From Eledone cirrhosa (lineage: Eukaryota), in NCBI GenBank assembly GCA_964016885.1, contig OZ024740.1:151218001-151282000 (forward strand): 64,000 nucleotides of DNA, in the 5' to 3' direction. The notes below the pieces were generated by a model that did not search any database, was not told the origin of the DNA, and saw only the letters and a list, made by a program, of their open reading frames with translations. The translations under genes and the position numbers were made by a program. Below, piece by piece: positions 41,468 to 54,230 of this stretch. Position 1 is the stretch's first letter. Each line of letters starts with the position of its first letter.

Positions 41468-43190
41468 TCATTTGTAAACTGAGAGATGAGTTTCTCTAGG
41501 CGAGTATTTGTCGGCCTTTGCTTGCAAGGCGAATGTCAACGGCTTGTGGACCGTGAAGATCGTAAACGTTCTTCCCTCAAGCATGTGCGAAAAATGTTTC
41601 ACTGATAAATATATTGCTAGCAACTCCCGTCCAAAAGTGCTGTAGCGGGTTTCGGATGGTTTCAGCTTCCTGGAGAAAAATTCCAACGGTTGCTGTTGAT
41701 CGTTCCTACTTTGCTGCAAAACCACGCCCTCGGCATTATCCGACGCATCAACACAAAGCGAAAGCTTAGCGTTGGACACTGGGTGAGCCAGAAAAGATGC
41801 ATTGGCTAGAGCAATTTCCGCACTCTTAAAATCCTGGAGCTGAGTTTCATTCAAAGAAATGTCTCTATTTTTCTTTCGGCAATTTTTTTTAATTTCCGTC
41901 AAAGAGAAGAGTAGCTTAGCATAATTAGGCACAAACCGCCTATAAAAATTAATCAGCCCCAAGAATTGGTGAAACTGACGAAGTGAGGTTGGTGGAGGCA
42001 AATCCTCTATAGCTTTAACTCTCTCAGGAATAGGTCGAATACCGTCAGCGTCTATGACGTGACCCAAAAAATTCAAAGATTCGGAAGCAAAAACACATTT
42101 TGATGCATTAATCCGAACATTGTAATCCTTCAAATGACAAAATAGAAGTTCCAGATGGCGCAAATGCTGCTCTGGAGAAGAGCTCGCAACAAGAAGGTCA
42201 TCAATGTAGGTGTATATAAAGTCGAGGCCGCGAGTGACCTCATCCATAAATCGCTGGAAGGTGCTAGAAGCATTCCTTAACCCGAAAGGCATGGTAAGAA
42301 ATTCGAAAGATCCAAATGGCGTAGTTATAGCCGTTTTGGGGATGTCGTCTCTGTTGACAGGAATTTGGTTATAGGCTCGTATCAAATCGAGCTTCGAAAA
42401 AATGTTGCAACCTTGCAACGAGGATGCAAAATCCTGCAAATGAGGGATAGGATACCGGTCCGGTACGGTCATCGAGTTCAATCTTCTATAATCCACAGTG
42501 GGTCTCCAATCGCCAGAAGATTTTGGCACCATATGTAATGGAGATGCCCACGGGCTCGTGGAAGCACGAATAATTCCGAGCTGTAGCATATGATCGAACT
42601 CGGACCGTGCTGCTTTCAGTTTGTCCGCTGGCAATCGGCGGGGACGCGAAACAACCGGAGCGCCAGTTGTAGTAATAAAATGCTCCGTGGCGTGGCCTGG
42701 ATCAGTGACTCTAAAATGTTCATGAGTCAGTTGCGGGAACGATTTCAACAGTCCATGATATGAGTTTCCAGAGTTAGCAATGAAGAAAGTCGGGCTAACT
42801 GTAGATAATTCCACCCTCCTGCCACAAAGAGAAAAACCCGTAATAACGTCGATTAGGCGTTGGTGACGAACGTCCACCGTCAAAGAAAAATGGTGCAGGA
42901 AGTCCGCGCCCAAAATTGGGTATGGCAGATCAGCAACAGTGAAAACCCATTTGAAATCCCGACGAAGATTTCGGAACTGAAGAGGAAGCGAGATCTGTCC
43001 AAAAGTTCTGTTTGTTGACTAGTTGACAGCTTGCAATTCGATCGACGACTCAGGAGGAGTTACTGTCATAGTATTAACAGGCCAAATACTGCACAAAGCC
43101 CCTGTGTCCACTAGGAAGGCTCTTTCAGACAGGAGGTCCTCAATGAAGAAATGGCGGTTCCGTTTTGTCTCGCAGAGTTCACTTGCCGCC
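41468..43190 (-). pseudogene. Gypsy protease, reverse transcriptase and RNase H
   Basis: AFLVDTGALCSIW (~43085-43120), [44 protein letters not shown]. Confidence 0.95.
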
Positions 43191-43191
43191 T

Positions 43192-43975
43192 TTAGTGACT
43201 CTGATCCATATTTCCCGAGACCGAATAATTACACGGAGGCCGGCAATGATTTGCCTTATCTGCGAATGTAGCATGATACCAGCACAATGATGGGTTGCTG
43301 GCGGGCGAAGTAGTACGCCGATGTGGAGTCGCGAAAGATCGTGAACGACTCCTAGGCCGCCGGGAATACGGCCTATTACCCCTGCATAGTCGAGCGACTT
43401 GCTGCGTCAAAGCGTCAATAGCCTTCAACATGGCATCCTCGCGTGTTGAGACGGGCTGGTTCAAATGAGAGGAAGAAATACGCGAGTCCGAAGCGGTAGC
43501 CTTTTTAGAAAATTCCACGATTCGATCCGCGGAGGCAGCAATTTGCTCCAAAGAGCTGGTGTCCACTATATTTGCCAAAATAATTTGGACATTGTTTGGC
43601 AGGCGAGAGAAAAATAATTTTTTAATAAAGGAATTATCCTGTTCGGGCGATTTACTGAGGTCCCTAATGTGGCGCAAAAATTCGGACGGCGACCTATCGC
43701 CTAGACACTCGTCCTCCAACAATGAACGAAATCTGCTTTCAGCAGAACGACTGTTCCTTCGAAGAATTTCTTCCCGCAACAAATCATAGGAAATACTGGC
43801 CGACGGGTTCGTAATCAAATCTTTCACTGTTATAGCGAGTGAAGAAGGAATACCACTTATTAAGAAGTTGAGCTTTTGCTCGGTTTTCACTTCGTTGGCA
43901 GCGAAATAAGCGTCGAGCTGCGCAAACCAGAGCTTAGTATCACCTGAGAACGCAGGCAAACCAGGACCACTCATC
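43192..43975 (-). CDS. gag: Gypsy Gag
   Basis: Open ORF with LWFAQLDAYF, LGDRSPSEFLRHI, CWYHATFADKANHCRPPC Cys/His motif; probable start MSGPGLPAF. Confidence 0.88.
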
Positions 43976-44370
43976 GTCAATCTGGACGAATAAAAGTAAG
44001 TAATGTTCAAAACGACAGGAAAACAGCACAATTTTCCCTCAACATACATAAAGTTGCTGCAAGCAAAAGAAATTTAGTCACAGTACAAGAAATAGCAGCG
44101 AAAGTCCGAAGGGTGGTATCTGTGGATCAAGATAGCCATTATGAAACAAGATGGCGTCGCCTTTCTTTTCCAAAAGAAGAATATGGTCGCGTGACGAGGC
44201 TAAGCCAATCAGATGGCTGCATTTGAAGAAGAAAGACAATGTGCGGGAATGTTAGCTGGCTAGTCAGCCATTTTGGAAAAAAAAAAATTTCTTTTTTTTT
44301 TTGTATAAGACGAACAATTTTCAATTTAAAACGAATGGCGAAATTAAATAGGCCCCATTTTCATACTTAA

Positions 44371-44386
44371 TCGTCGAGGGTCACCA
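44371..44386 (-). promoter_or_regulatory. Primer-binding site, tRNA-Trp type
   Basis: Minus strand TGGTGACCCTCGACGA next to the 5' LTR, complementary (one extra base) to the ...CGTCGGGGTCACCA 3' end of eukaryotic tRNA-Trp. Confidence 0.75.
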
Positions 44387-44635
44387 CTTTAGGCGGGGGT
44401 GGTAAGACATCCCGTCTAATTTGATATGGTATACTGACACATAGTCAAACAAAGAAGAAGGAACATACCTCAATTTTATGTTATAGAAACATTTTTTAAT
44501 AGGAGCTATTACAGAAAATATTCAAATACATTAGTGCTCCTAGGTTGGGATATATTTTAGTCGTCATATAAAACCGCGCGGTGTGATATCGTCTTTTGGG
44601 TCACTGCGTAGGAAAACACGTCTATCGCCTCCGAG
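44387..44635 (-). repeat. 5' LTR, missing ~100 bp of its outer end
   Basis: Aligns to 39456-39698, then breaks into LINE sequence. Confidence 0.88.
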
Positions 44636-44639
44636 ATCC

Positions 44640-45465
44640 ACGTTTAGGTTGTAAATGTCTGTGAAATAATCAACCACATTTTTGGCTTGCAACTTAGTGC
44701 TTGCATACTTTCCATACTTCTGTTGGTATATTATCCACGCCAGTAACTTTGTTGTTTTGTTTCGAATTGAGAACATCTTGCAATTCCGGCATTGTAAAAT
44801 CACCAACATCAATAGGCAGCAGGTCAAACACCTTGTCAATATTTCCTTCAACTACCAAGGGAGGTTACCTAAGTAACATAGCAAAATGATCCTGCCACAG
44901 CTTTATACTTTCGTCGTGTCCTTCCGCTTTTATTTTTCCTTTGTTGGATTTCTTTCTTCCACTTATTTGAGTAGCTTTCTTGTTCGTTGATATAATCATT
45001 ATCCAGATTTATTTTAGCTTCAAATATAAATGCTAGTGTTGTTGTATGGAACATGTACATATACCCTGACACAAGAACTTGAGAAGAAACTAGATGGTAT
45101 ATGCACTAAAATGCTTAGGGTCGTAAAAAACAAATTGACATCAACGTATTATAAATGAAAGTTTATAGGGGAAACTTGCGCAATATATCAACTACAATTG
45201 TTCAAAGAGGGTTGCGAGTTGCAGCACATTACTGGAGAAGTAAACAAGGAGCTATATACAAGCTACTATTATGGTAATCAACTCACAGGAGACGCAGTAG
45301 AGGAACACATAGTCCAACATTCATCGACCAACTTTCAGCCGATAGAAACTTCAGTAGGGAGCAGTTGCCAGGAGCAATGTAAAATCGTGAATTGTGGAGA
45401 GAATCTGTCAGAAAAGTTCGACTGGTGGCAATAATGATGATGATAATGATGATGATGAGGATGAT
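44640..45465. mobile_element. Old RTE-type LINE with an inverted 5' part (44640-45020 minus; 45035-45435 plus) and (ATG)n tail
   Basis: Minus: FTMPELQDVLNSKQNNKVTGVDNIPTEVWK; plus: LLYGTCTYTLTQELEKKLDGICTKMLR...[12 protein letters not shown] then ATG repeats. Confidence 0.7.
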
Positions 45466-45491
45466 GATATATATATATGTATATATGTATA

Positions 45492-45574
<83 letters not shown>

Positions 45575-45657
45575 CTATATATCTATATATCTCTATATAT
45601 ATCTATATGTATATATATATCTATATATCTATATGTATATATATATATATGTGTGTG

Positions 45658-45727
<70 letters not shown>

Positions 45728-45770
45728 TATATACACACACACACACACATACACACACACACATACACAC

Positions 45771-45826
<56 letters not shown>

Positions 45827-46339
45827 ATATGTCTGACTGTCTTTCAAAGATAGATAGTTCCGCAACTAAAATGTTTTGGAAATGTCAAATCAAAGATCTG
45901 ACTTTAATTGCTTACTTCGTTCTGAACGAAGCAGAATTTTATTTCTCTTTTCATCAAACGTTGCTCTCCGCCTCTTCCCTCCTCCCCATCTCTTACGCAC
46001 GTTCACTTTCTTTCGCTGCTCTCCCTCTTTTTTAATCTCTCCGTTGCCCTTCTTTCTTCCGCTCTTTCAGCTCACACTCTCTCCTGCTCTCACATTCTCA
46101 CTCTCTCTCATATTCTCACTCTCTCTCATATTCTCACTCTCTCTCATATTCTCACTCTCTCATTATTTTGACTCGTACATTTTTGTAGTTTTCTCCTGTA
46201 AATGTCTCCCTCTATACCTCCTCTCTTTACCATTTTCCCCTCTTTCGTTTCATTTTTCTGTTTTTGTTGTTATCGTTGCTGTTGTTATTCTTTTAACCAG
46301 TACTGCAATTACCATTTTGCTGTCGTGCTCGTTGTTATC

Positions 46340-46635
46340 GAATGGACCTCCGTTGGTTTCGATAATGAGTGTTCCAATCTTTCGATCAGTAGAAAACCGT
46401 GCTCATGAAATTAACGTGTAATTTGCTGAGAATTCCACAGACACGTGCATGCACGTAATTCTCTATGAGATTCAGAGTGACAACGCCATTTACACGACAG
46501 ACACAATCCACCCGATGAGTTTCCAAGCAGACTCCGTCTACCTAATTTCACTTACAAGACTCAAGATGTCACTCAGTGGGATCGAACCTGGGACTTAATT
46601 AGTATGATGCGAACTTCTTAAACATTCGGCCAAGT
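46340..46635 (-). mobile_element. SINE family B
   Basis: Minus strand TGGCCGAATG A-box and GGTTCGATCCC B-box; shared body. Confidence 0.7.
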
Positions 46636-46764
46636 TAAGTCTGCTGTGTTATGATATTTTGTTGTTTGGCGCCTTATATATTTTTTTATCACTTGTTGAT
46701 CCCTTAGCTTTTCATATCTCTTCACACGCAGATACACATAGATTCGCACTCACAAATTCACACA

Positions 46765-46835
<71 letters not shown>

Positions 46836-47074
46836 CGCGTGTGTGTCTATCTGTGTTTTTAAGTGTTGTATGTGTGTGCGGTACGTTTTGAGTGAGTGTC
46901 ACAGATGAAAGATCAACAAATCTTGAAACAACGGTGTCTGACATTCTCAAATCATACTAGTAAATCTGTGAGGGGAAATAGAGAAAAATACCACCTTCTT
47001 CGTTTGCTATGTATATAACGTATTATATATGTTTATATATGTTTTCACACACACACACACACACACATACACAG

Positions 47075-47183
<109 letters not shown>

Positions 47184-47479
47184 GTAGTTAAGCAAATCAA
47201 GACCTCAAATTCACATAGAAGACGTTAGTCACAGAGTATCAACATTAAGTGCAGTTTAATATAGGAAGGGGATAGTAATGTCAGTTTACAATTGTGTCAC
47301 TACTCCATATAATGTTTCTGGATCAATCAATGTTAAGAAAGTTATTGATTTGGTGCAGCGAAATATAAGTAACATAGAATAATATTATGGAGCAGATCTT
47401 CGGAACTTGGGGAAAGATAATGAGATTATTACTATATATAAAGCAGAAATAAAAATAAAAATGAAATAAAAATAAAATG

Positions 47480-48035
47480 GGAGGGTTACGTGTCCATAAA
47501 GAATCCTCAGATTAGCAACTCTCTAGATGGGGCACCTTGGCACTAAAGAATTTCATGTGTATGGTATAAGTAAACATTCGATGTCTGTCGAGGCTGAAGA
47601 TAAACACTGCTGCCTATCACATACCAAAATGGCTTCCTGTAGGAAAACTCTCTTATTGTATAGAGGGGTTTCAAGGGACGTTACTCATTGGAGAGCCAAG
47701 AATCCCACTAGGAGCTGCAACCAAGGTAGGGTAGGCAGCAAGCTTATAGGTATAGTTGCAGTGGGATTTGTTGCTAAGATACTGAGAGGGAGGTAACTTA
47801 TAGGTGCTTATATGGTGGACTAATGATGTCATTAATTTGTTAGTTTTAGGGAAGGGCATGACTAAATGATAGGCTAAGCTGGGTCGAATATTCTGTTGGC
47901 GAAGGAACTCGCTCTGCGGTGGTGGCAGTTGATGACCAACTCGTTCCTGTCATTGATGGGAGGTGGTCTTGACAAAGTTACGTGATAGGCCTCAGTAAAA
48001 CAGAGATCGCAAGAGTTTTTTCTCCCACCCGCTTT
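47480..48035 (-). mobile_element. Inverted 3' end of the Naiad-type PLE (GIY-YIG C-terminus and 3' UTR)
   Basis: 47874-48035 minus: KAGGRKNSCDLCFTEAYH...INDRNELVINCHHRR...FDPA*, continuing where the plus copy stops (RALAFK). Left limit approximate. Confidence 0.8.
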
Positions 48036-50588
48036 TAGGCTTCGGCTTCTAACACCGTCACCAATCTCTCCTATCCTACTTCTATCTCTCCATTTAAGAT
48101 TGGTTTACTCTTGAACTCTCTATACTCGAGCTCGTGATGTTGAGCTATTAAAAATTAGAAGCCACCATGTTGAGCAAACAGGAACTCGGGATCTCACTAA
48201 AGTCCATTCCCATCCCGGACAAGAAGACCTACCTCAAACTCCTAATACAGAGTATCAATTCATTTATCCGGAGGGTACGATGGAAGGCTTTCCATTCGAC
48301 AGAGTAACGTCCACCGACGCCGGAAGTACCGCCGATAGATATGAATTTACCACCTGCAAGAACCCACCACACAACATCCTGCTGGACCCATTTGAGAAGG
48401 ACCTATTTAATCTCATCAGGAGCATTAAATTCAACAAACTGAATCAGAATAATAATAACTTTCTCACTAAATTAGCAACAACCATCAAAAACTTTAAAAG
48501 TAGCCACCTCATACACGTTGTGTCCGATAAAACTAAAAATCTATATACCGTGCCTCCTGAAACATACAACTCTTTCCTCCGTAAGGAGCTTAATAAGAAT
48601 TATAAAAAAGCTAAACCCCCCAGTGTAAATTTACTCAACCGCAAAGCCCAGGCCTTGGTTAAGGATTTACATCTTGACAGATTCACCTACCCATATGTAC
48701 CCACAACGCCAAGATTCACTCTCAAGGATCATAAACCCAACTTTATTGAGAACCCTTCTATTAGGCTTATTAGCCCAACTACCTCTGACTTGGGTCGTAT
48801 CAGCAAGAACATTCTCGATAGGATCATCCCTGACATGCGAGACGCTATCACATATAAACTGTGGTCTAACACCCGCCAAGTCATCAGATGGTTCTCAGAA
48901 CTTGGGTCCAAGGGCTCGATGAGGTTTCTCCAGTTCGACATTGACGGTTACTATGCTTCTATATCCCCGGCACTGCTTAACAAAGCATTAACCCTAGCTT
49001 GCACTAATTCAGACATAACTAATAAAGAGATTGATATCATCCTTATGGCTAGGCAGACCATTATCGAATTCAAAGGCTCGTTCTGGACAAGGAGGGACAG
49101 AGCGGATAACTTTGATATCACAATGGGCTCTAGCGATTCCGCGTAAGTCACATACTTATTTGGAATCTACCTCTTACATAACATTAGAGCTGAGCTCCCA
49201 CCTTTGCAAGGCGGATTATATAGGGACGACGCCTATTTGCGGTCCACAATTGAACGGATCGGGGCATTGAATTGCTCAAAAAACAACTACACAGATTCTT
49301 TAAAAATAACGGTCTATCTATTACCATCGAACCTAACCACAAGGTAGTGAATTTCCTTGATGCCACCCTTGATTTTACTAACATATTACCCTATCTATAT
49401 TACCCTTATCATAAACCAGGTGAAATACTTACTTATATTAGCTCGTACTCTAACCACCCACCAGAAGTCATCAGAGCGGTCATTAAGTCTATTTCATATA
49501 GGATTTCCTTGCTATCCGCCAATGAGGAGATATTTAATGCCACTGCGGCATATTATAATAAGGCCCTTTCTGAATCTGGTTATACACAGTCTATCTACTA
49601 CATACCCAAGAGCCATAACACAGAACTTCACCACAACCTCAATAACTGTAACACTAGAACTAGAAACACATTAGCATGTAGCCAGATTTGCCGGAATTCT
49701 AGGCATACCAATAACTATACAGCTAATTGTAATAGTGGCAGATGCCTACTCCCTACTCCTAGTAGCAGACTCAGAATCAACCATAAATTAAGAAATGATA
49801 ATAGGCCGACCATTAGCAAGCACATTGGCAATAATAATCCTAGTAATGTCCCTGCCAACTCTGCTAGACCCCATAGACGAAACAGGCCTAGAAAAATCAC
49901 CTGGCTTAACCCCTATTTCTCATCTAATGTAGCTACCAACATCCCTAAATGCTTCTTCTCCATCCTATCTAACCCCCCCTCCCCCCAACCATAAATATTA
50001 CAAGCTCTTTAATAAAAACAATATTAAAATATCCTTTACCACTACACCGAACCTAGCTAGCCACATCGCATTTAGCAACTATCATAAACTAACAAAATAT
50101 ACCCCCCCCCCCCCAATAAGTACTCCACGTAGCCTTACCAATCGTAATAGCAGAACACACCCATCCAATCCCACTGGTACACACCAGCCGCATAGTTTAA
50201 ACAACCCTACTCCTACTAACCGCAACCGTAATTGCAACTGCCGTAACCCCACTGCGTGCCCGCTTAACGGCCAGTGCCTTACGCCCAATATCGTATATAG
50301 GTGCAGGATTAGAATGGCCTCATCCACTAGCACTTATATTGGCTCTACATCACACCCCTTTAAGGTTCGCTATAATGCGCACTCATTTTCCTTCCGCGAC
50401 CCTAGCAATAGATGCTCAACTTCTCTAACTAGGCTCATTAAAAACCTTAGAATCCAGTTTTCCAACTGCTTTCCACTGCATATTGCACATCGAGCACTCG
50501 CTTTTAAGCTTTGGCTTCTAACACCGTCACCAATCTCTCCTCTCCTACTTCTATCTCTCTATTTAAGATTGGTTTACTCTTGAACTGT
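48031..50588 (+). mobile_element. Penelope-like retroelement, Naiad-type, bounded by an ~88-bp direct repeat
   Basis: Repeat at 48031-48119 and 50500-50588; internal RT plus GIY-YIG. Confidence 0.9.
48167..50510 (+). pseudogene. PLE reverse transcriptase/GIY-YIG polyprotein (stop and frameshifts)
   Basis: GCCACCATG start; SLKSIPIP...FIRRVRWKAF, SDKTKNLY, TLKDHKPNF, RLISP, QFDIDGYYASIS, FDITMGS, GLYRDD, VNFLDATLD, SNHPP, ITWLNPYFS, CNCRNPTACPLNGQC, IVY...YIG. Confidence 0.92.
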
Positions 50589-50600
50589 CTCTCTCTCTCT

Positions 50601-50643
<43 letters not shown>

Positions 50644-50654
<11 letters not shown>

Positions 50655-51304
50655 TGAAGAGGCGGATTTTCAGGCCTTGCTCTTCCTCTCAACCACATCA
50701 TCTTCCGTATTCCCAATCTTTGCTCCCAAATACAGGAAGCCCTCAACCAATTCTAGCGGCTTCCCGCCTACATTAGTGATCCCCTCTGGCTTCTCAACAT
50801 TCTCTACCAGATATTTTGTTTTAGTCTCATTCATTCTCAGCCCCACACTCATCGACACAGTTATTGCTGTAGTGGAGTCTGTGCTGCTGTATGGGTCTGA
50901 GACTTGGACACTGACCAAGGAACTCACTCAGATGGTGGATGGGTGCTACACGAGAATGCTGAAGATGGCTCTGAACATTAATCAGTATACACTGAGGATG
51001 AAATACTCAGAGCTGTATGGGAGCATCCCAAAAGTCAGCTCAAAAGTGACACAGAGGAGACTGAGGTTAGCTGGACATGCTCACCGACATCCAGAGTTGA
51101 CATTGCACTCAGTGCTCCTTTGGGAGCCCCTACATGGACACACTAGAAGAGGAAGACCAAGGTTAACGTATGTTGATGCCCTAAGGACAGACACTGGTCT
51201 GTTGGAGACGCAGGACATGGCAGCGATAATGAGGGACAGAGACCGCTGGAGAGAACTCGTCCATGGATCTCGGGAATTTTACCCGCCTTAGAATATATTA
51301 GAAT
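50644..51304 (+). mobile_element. RTE-type LINE insertion with 5' inversion and 12-bp TSD
   Basis: TSD ATATATTAGAAT at 50644-55 and 51293-304; 50653-~50850 minus (VGLRMNETKTKY...FLYLG...KSKA / KIRLFI); 50863-51291 plus (IAVVESVLLYGSETW...FYPP*). Confidence 0.88.
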
Positions 51305-51321
51305 TTTGGTTATCGAGTTGA

Positions 51322-51402
51322 GCTCTGCTGAGGATCGAATTCCAACCATGACCATCTCAACTGAAAGATTTCGTGAAATAGTCTTTAAAGACTATACAGA
51401 GC
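51322..51402 (+). ncRNA. Type I hammerhead ribozyme motif, intact core, enlarged loop II
   Basis: GCTCTG-CTGAGGA-T-CGAA-[30 nt]-TTCG-T-GAAA-TAGTCTTTAAAGACTA-TA-CAGAGC: 6-bp stem I, perfect palindromic stem III, AUA site. Confidence 0.88.
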
Positions 51403-51649
51403 ACTTGAAGTTTTTCCAAATTGAAGGATGAGTTTTTAAAACTTTATTTTATCATGAGTTAAGGCTTTATTGATTTTTCCCTGGATTTCACTAAATTATG
51501 TGGATGAATCTATATCCTGATTCTCTTTGAGTTGAGTTTGAATTATTTTTCCCACATCTTACGTTAACTATTTTTCCCATTTTGATGCTATAGTCGCTTA
51601 TATATTATGGAATACTGTTGGCTTTTTGCTACAATGTTTTCTATACCTT

Positions 51650-51709
<60 letters not shown>

Positions 51710-51839
51710 GATATTTATTATGAAACCTGCCACAAGTTTTTCTCCCCGAAGCTAATATAACTGTTTGTGTTTCCAGCTTAGATTTTGTTGACATTGGTTC
51801 TTCTTGTTTGTTTTGTTGTTCTTGTTATTGCTGCTGGTG

Positions 51840-52025
51840 TTGATGTTAATGCTGACGACGATCATGTTGATAATCATGCTGATGATGACGATGAACCTGA
51901 TGATGTTGACGATAATGATGACGATGATGATGATGATGATGATGATCATGATGATGATGATGATGATGATGATGGTCATGAGGATAATGATGATGATGAT
52001 GATCATCATGATGACGATGATGGTT

Positions 52026-52083
<58 letters not shown>

Positions 52084-52091
52084 CGATGATG
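51840..52091. repeat. (GAT)n microsatellite
   Basis: Degenerate then pure GAT repeats. Confidence 0.95.
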
Positions 52092-52277
52092 TATTCCCTA
52101 AAGCTAGCGTCAAAACCTGCCGCTAGATGTTTCTCATATCAAACGATTAATTGCTGGATCAAAAGACATGATGATGTGTAAGGAAGAAAAACAATAACAA
52201 AACTGCCATACCAAATGTCATTTTACATGTTACAAAATTTATATAGCTGCATGTGTGTCTACACATAGACACCGGTG

Positions 52278-52309
<32 letters not shown>

Positions 52310-52312
52310 CAA

Positions 52313-52377
<65 letters not shown>

Positions 52378-53859
52378 GAGAGAGAGAGAGAGAAATAAAC
52401 ACATACACATATATAAGGGGGATGTTTATGTGTATGTTTGTGATCATAAAGCACGTCAATACTAACTATATATGTGTAAACATTTGTCATAAATAAAACA
52501 CAAGCACTCAAACAAACACACACATACATACATACACTCTATCAACTGCTTTCTTTCTCCTATTCTATGTATCGCTGCCTGTAGCTAGAGGTCACAACTG
52601 CGTCCATAGTTCAATTGCTACCCTTAAAGCATCACGTTGAAGATGTGTGTAAATAGTCATGGAGTTATCACTCTTGTTTGTATTTTTAAAAAAGATATTA
52701 AAAATTACTACAGGGACTTTTTCTCAACTAATTGCATGAAATTTTCCCCCTCACTAAATTATATGTATGTTTATTTAACATGGAGAAACCCAATGATATC
52801 TCCCTTCGGGTTTATCTATAATAATAATTTAAATTTAGGCACAAGGCCAGAAATTCGTGGGAGGGGAAAGTCAATTAGTGCTTCACTGTTATTCTATTTT
52901 ATCGAACATCAGAAAGATGGAAGACAAAGATGACTTCGGTGGAATTTGAAACATGAAGAGAAGAAATAAATGCCAAAAGTTGTATTTAAGGATAAAGTCC
53001 ACTCTTAACTAGGCAACGTCGTTTTTCTTTCATTCAAATTAAATCTACCAGCCATCAACAACTCTTCTCCGATTGCTCTCTAAGCCCCTACACGCGGATT
53101 CTCTCTTGATAAAAGTAGGTAAATCCGGAAAAATTTGAGATCAATAATATTGCTAAGGTAATATTCTACTGTTCTCACTCTTTTCTCAAACCTTTTATTT
53201 TCTATAACTCCTATTACCTTGGCACTTTTAATCTCGCATGCATTGCCGGATTCCCAAATAGTTAAACTTATTTAAATTTATATTTCTTATTTCAAAATAT
53301 TTCAATCAAACTACAACACTAAATACATATTTATATAGACCGAAGGTCTATATAAATATGTATTTAGGTTTATTTTTATGTCCAACATACATATTGCGTT
53401 GAGGTCTACGGCTGGATAGTATTCTTCCCACCCATTCCGACAGCCTGGGCTCGTCAGATGGTATAGAAACACATTTAAAACAATTTCACATAAGTTTAAA
53501 ATCTTTAAAATATTAGAAATATTCTCCAAAAAAGTTAACAAATTTCCTCGAAAAATTGTTTTCCTGTTTCATTGTACAGGGGATGGCAGAATGGGTTGAT
53601 GTTGTTTCTATTCCAGCGGGCCCACGTCCGACTCGTAGCACTGTGGTAGAAGTGTGGGGCCACTTCCCTACCGCAAAATGTCGAAAATAGCAAATCATCG
53701 TTGTAGAAACGAATTCTGCAAGTAGCCCGCCTCCCCTTCTCTACCTGGCAGTAGTTGTTATAGTAGTATTGGCAGGTATCTCCTCCCAACCCATGCGTGT
53801 GTTTGTGTGTGTGTGTCTAAAAGAAAAGCTGTTATTGTCCTTTAGCAGAAATGGTCCAT

Positions 53860-54230
53860 CACAGTTAAACGGTCTCCATTGTTTTCAGCTCAGCTATTTG
53901 ATGCATGCAGTCAATTTCCTGACAGAATGAGTGTGCAGTAATTGATTCACCTTGACGCACAAAAGAATAGTTGATTAGACCTCTTGCAAAGCACCTTGCA
54001 ATTATACTATTACTTTTTTTTTATTTTGCTCAGCAGTTACTTTGGAAAATGGGGATATTTCTGCATCAAACCATTCCTCAAATAGTTTATTATTGTCAAA
54101 CAATATCCATTTCGCACCACAAGTAGCCATATGGTGACAAAGAAACCTCATTTTTTCTGCGACACTGAATACACCTGCTAGTGTTCAATCAATTCGTGTT
54201 GAACCAATTTATCCAACTTTAATTCACAAT
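53860..54230 (-). pseudogene. Decayed mariner transposase remnant
   Basis: KLDKLVQHEL (cf. WVPHEL), HMATCGAKWILFDN (cf. IVTCDEKWILYDN), GLINYSFVRQGESITAHSFCQEIDCMHQ. Confidence 0.7.

Larger units (their letters stand above)
39456..44635 (-). mobile_element. Ty3/Gypsy LTR retrotransposon, full length but decayed
   Basis: Two LTRs, PBS, PPT-like tract and gag-PR-RT-RH-IN order on the minus strand. Confidence 0.96.

Noticed and set aside
50221-50345. Selenocysteine-coding Naiad
   Set aside because: Some Naiads use in-frame UGA, but the CNC...CP...C cysteines here are all TGC and the internal stop at 49144 is TAA.
51785-52181. Poly-Asp and poly-Met ORFs
   Set aside because: Frames of a (GAT)n microsatellite with no splice or start support.
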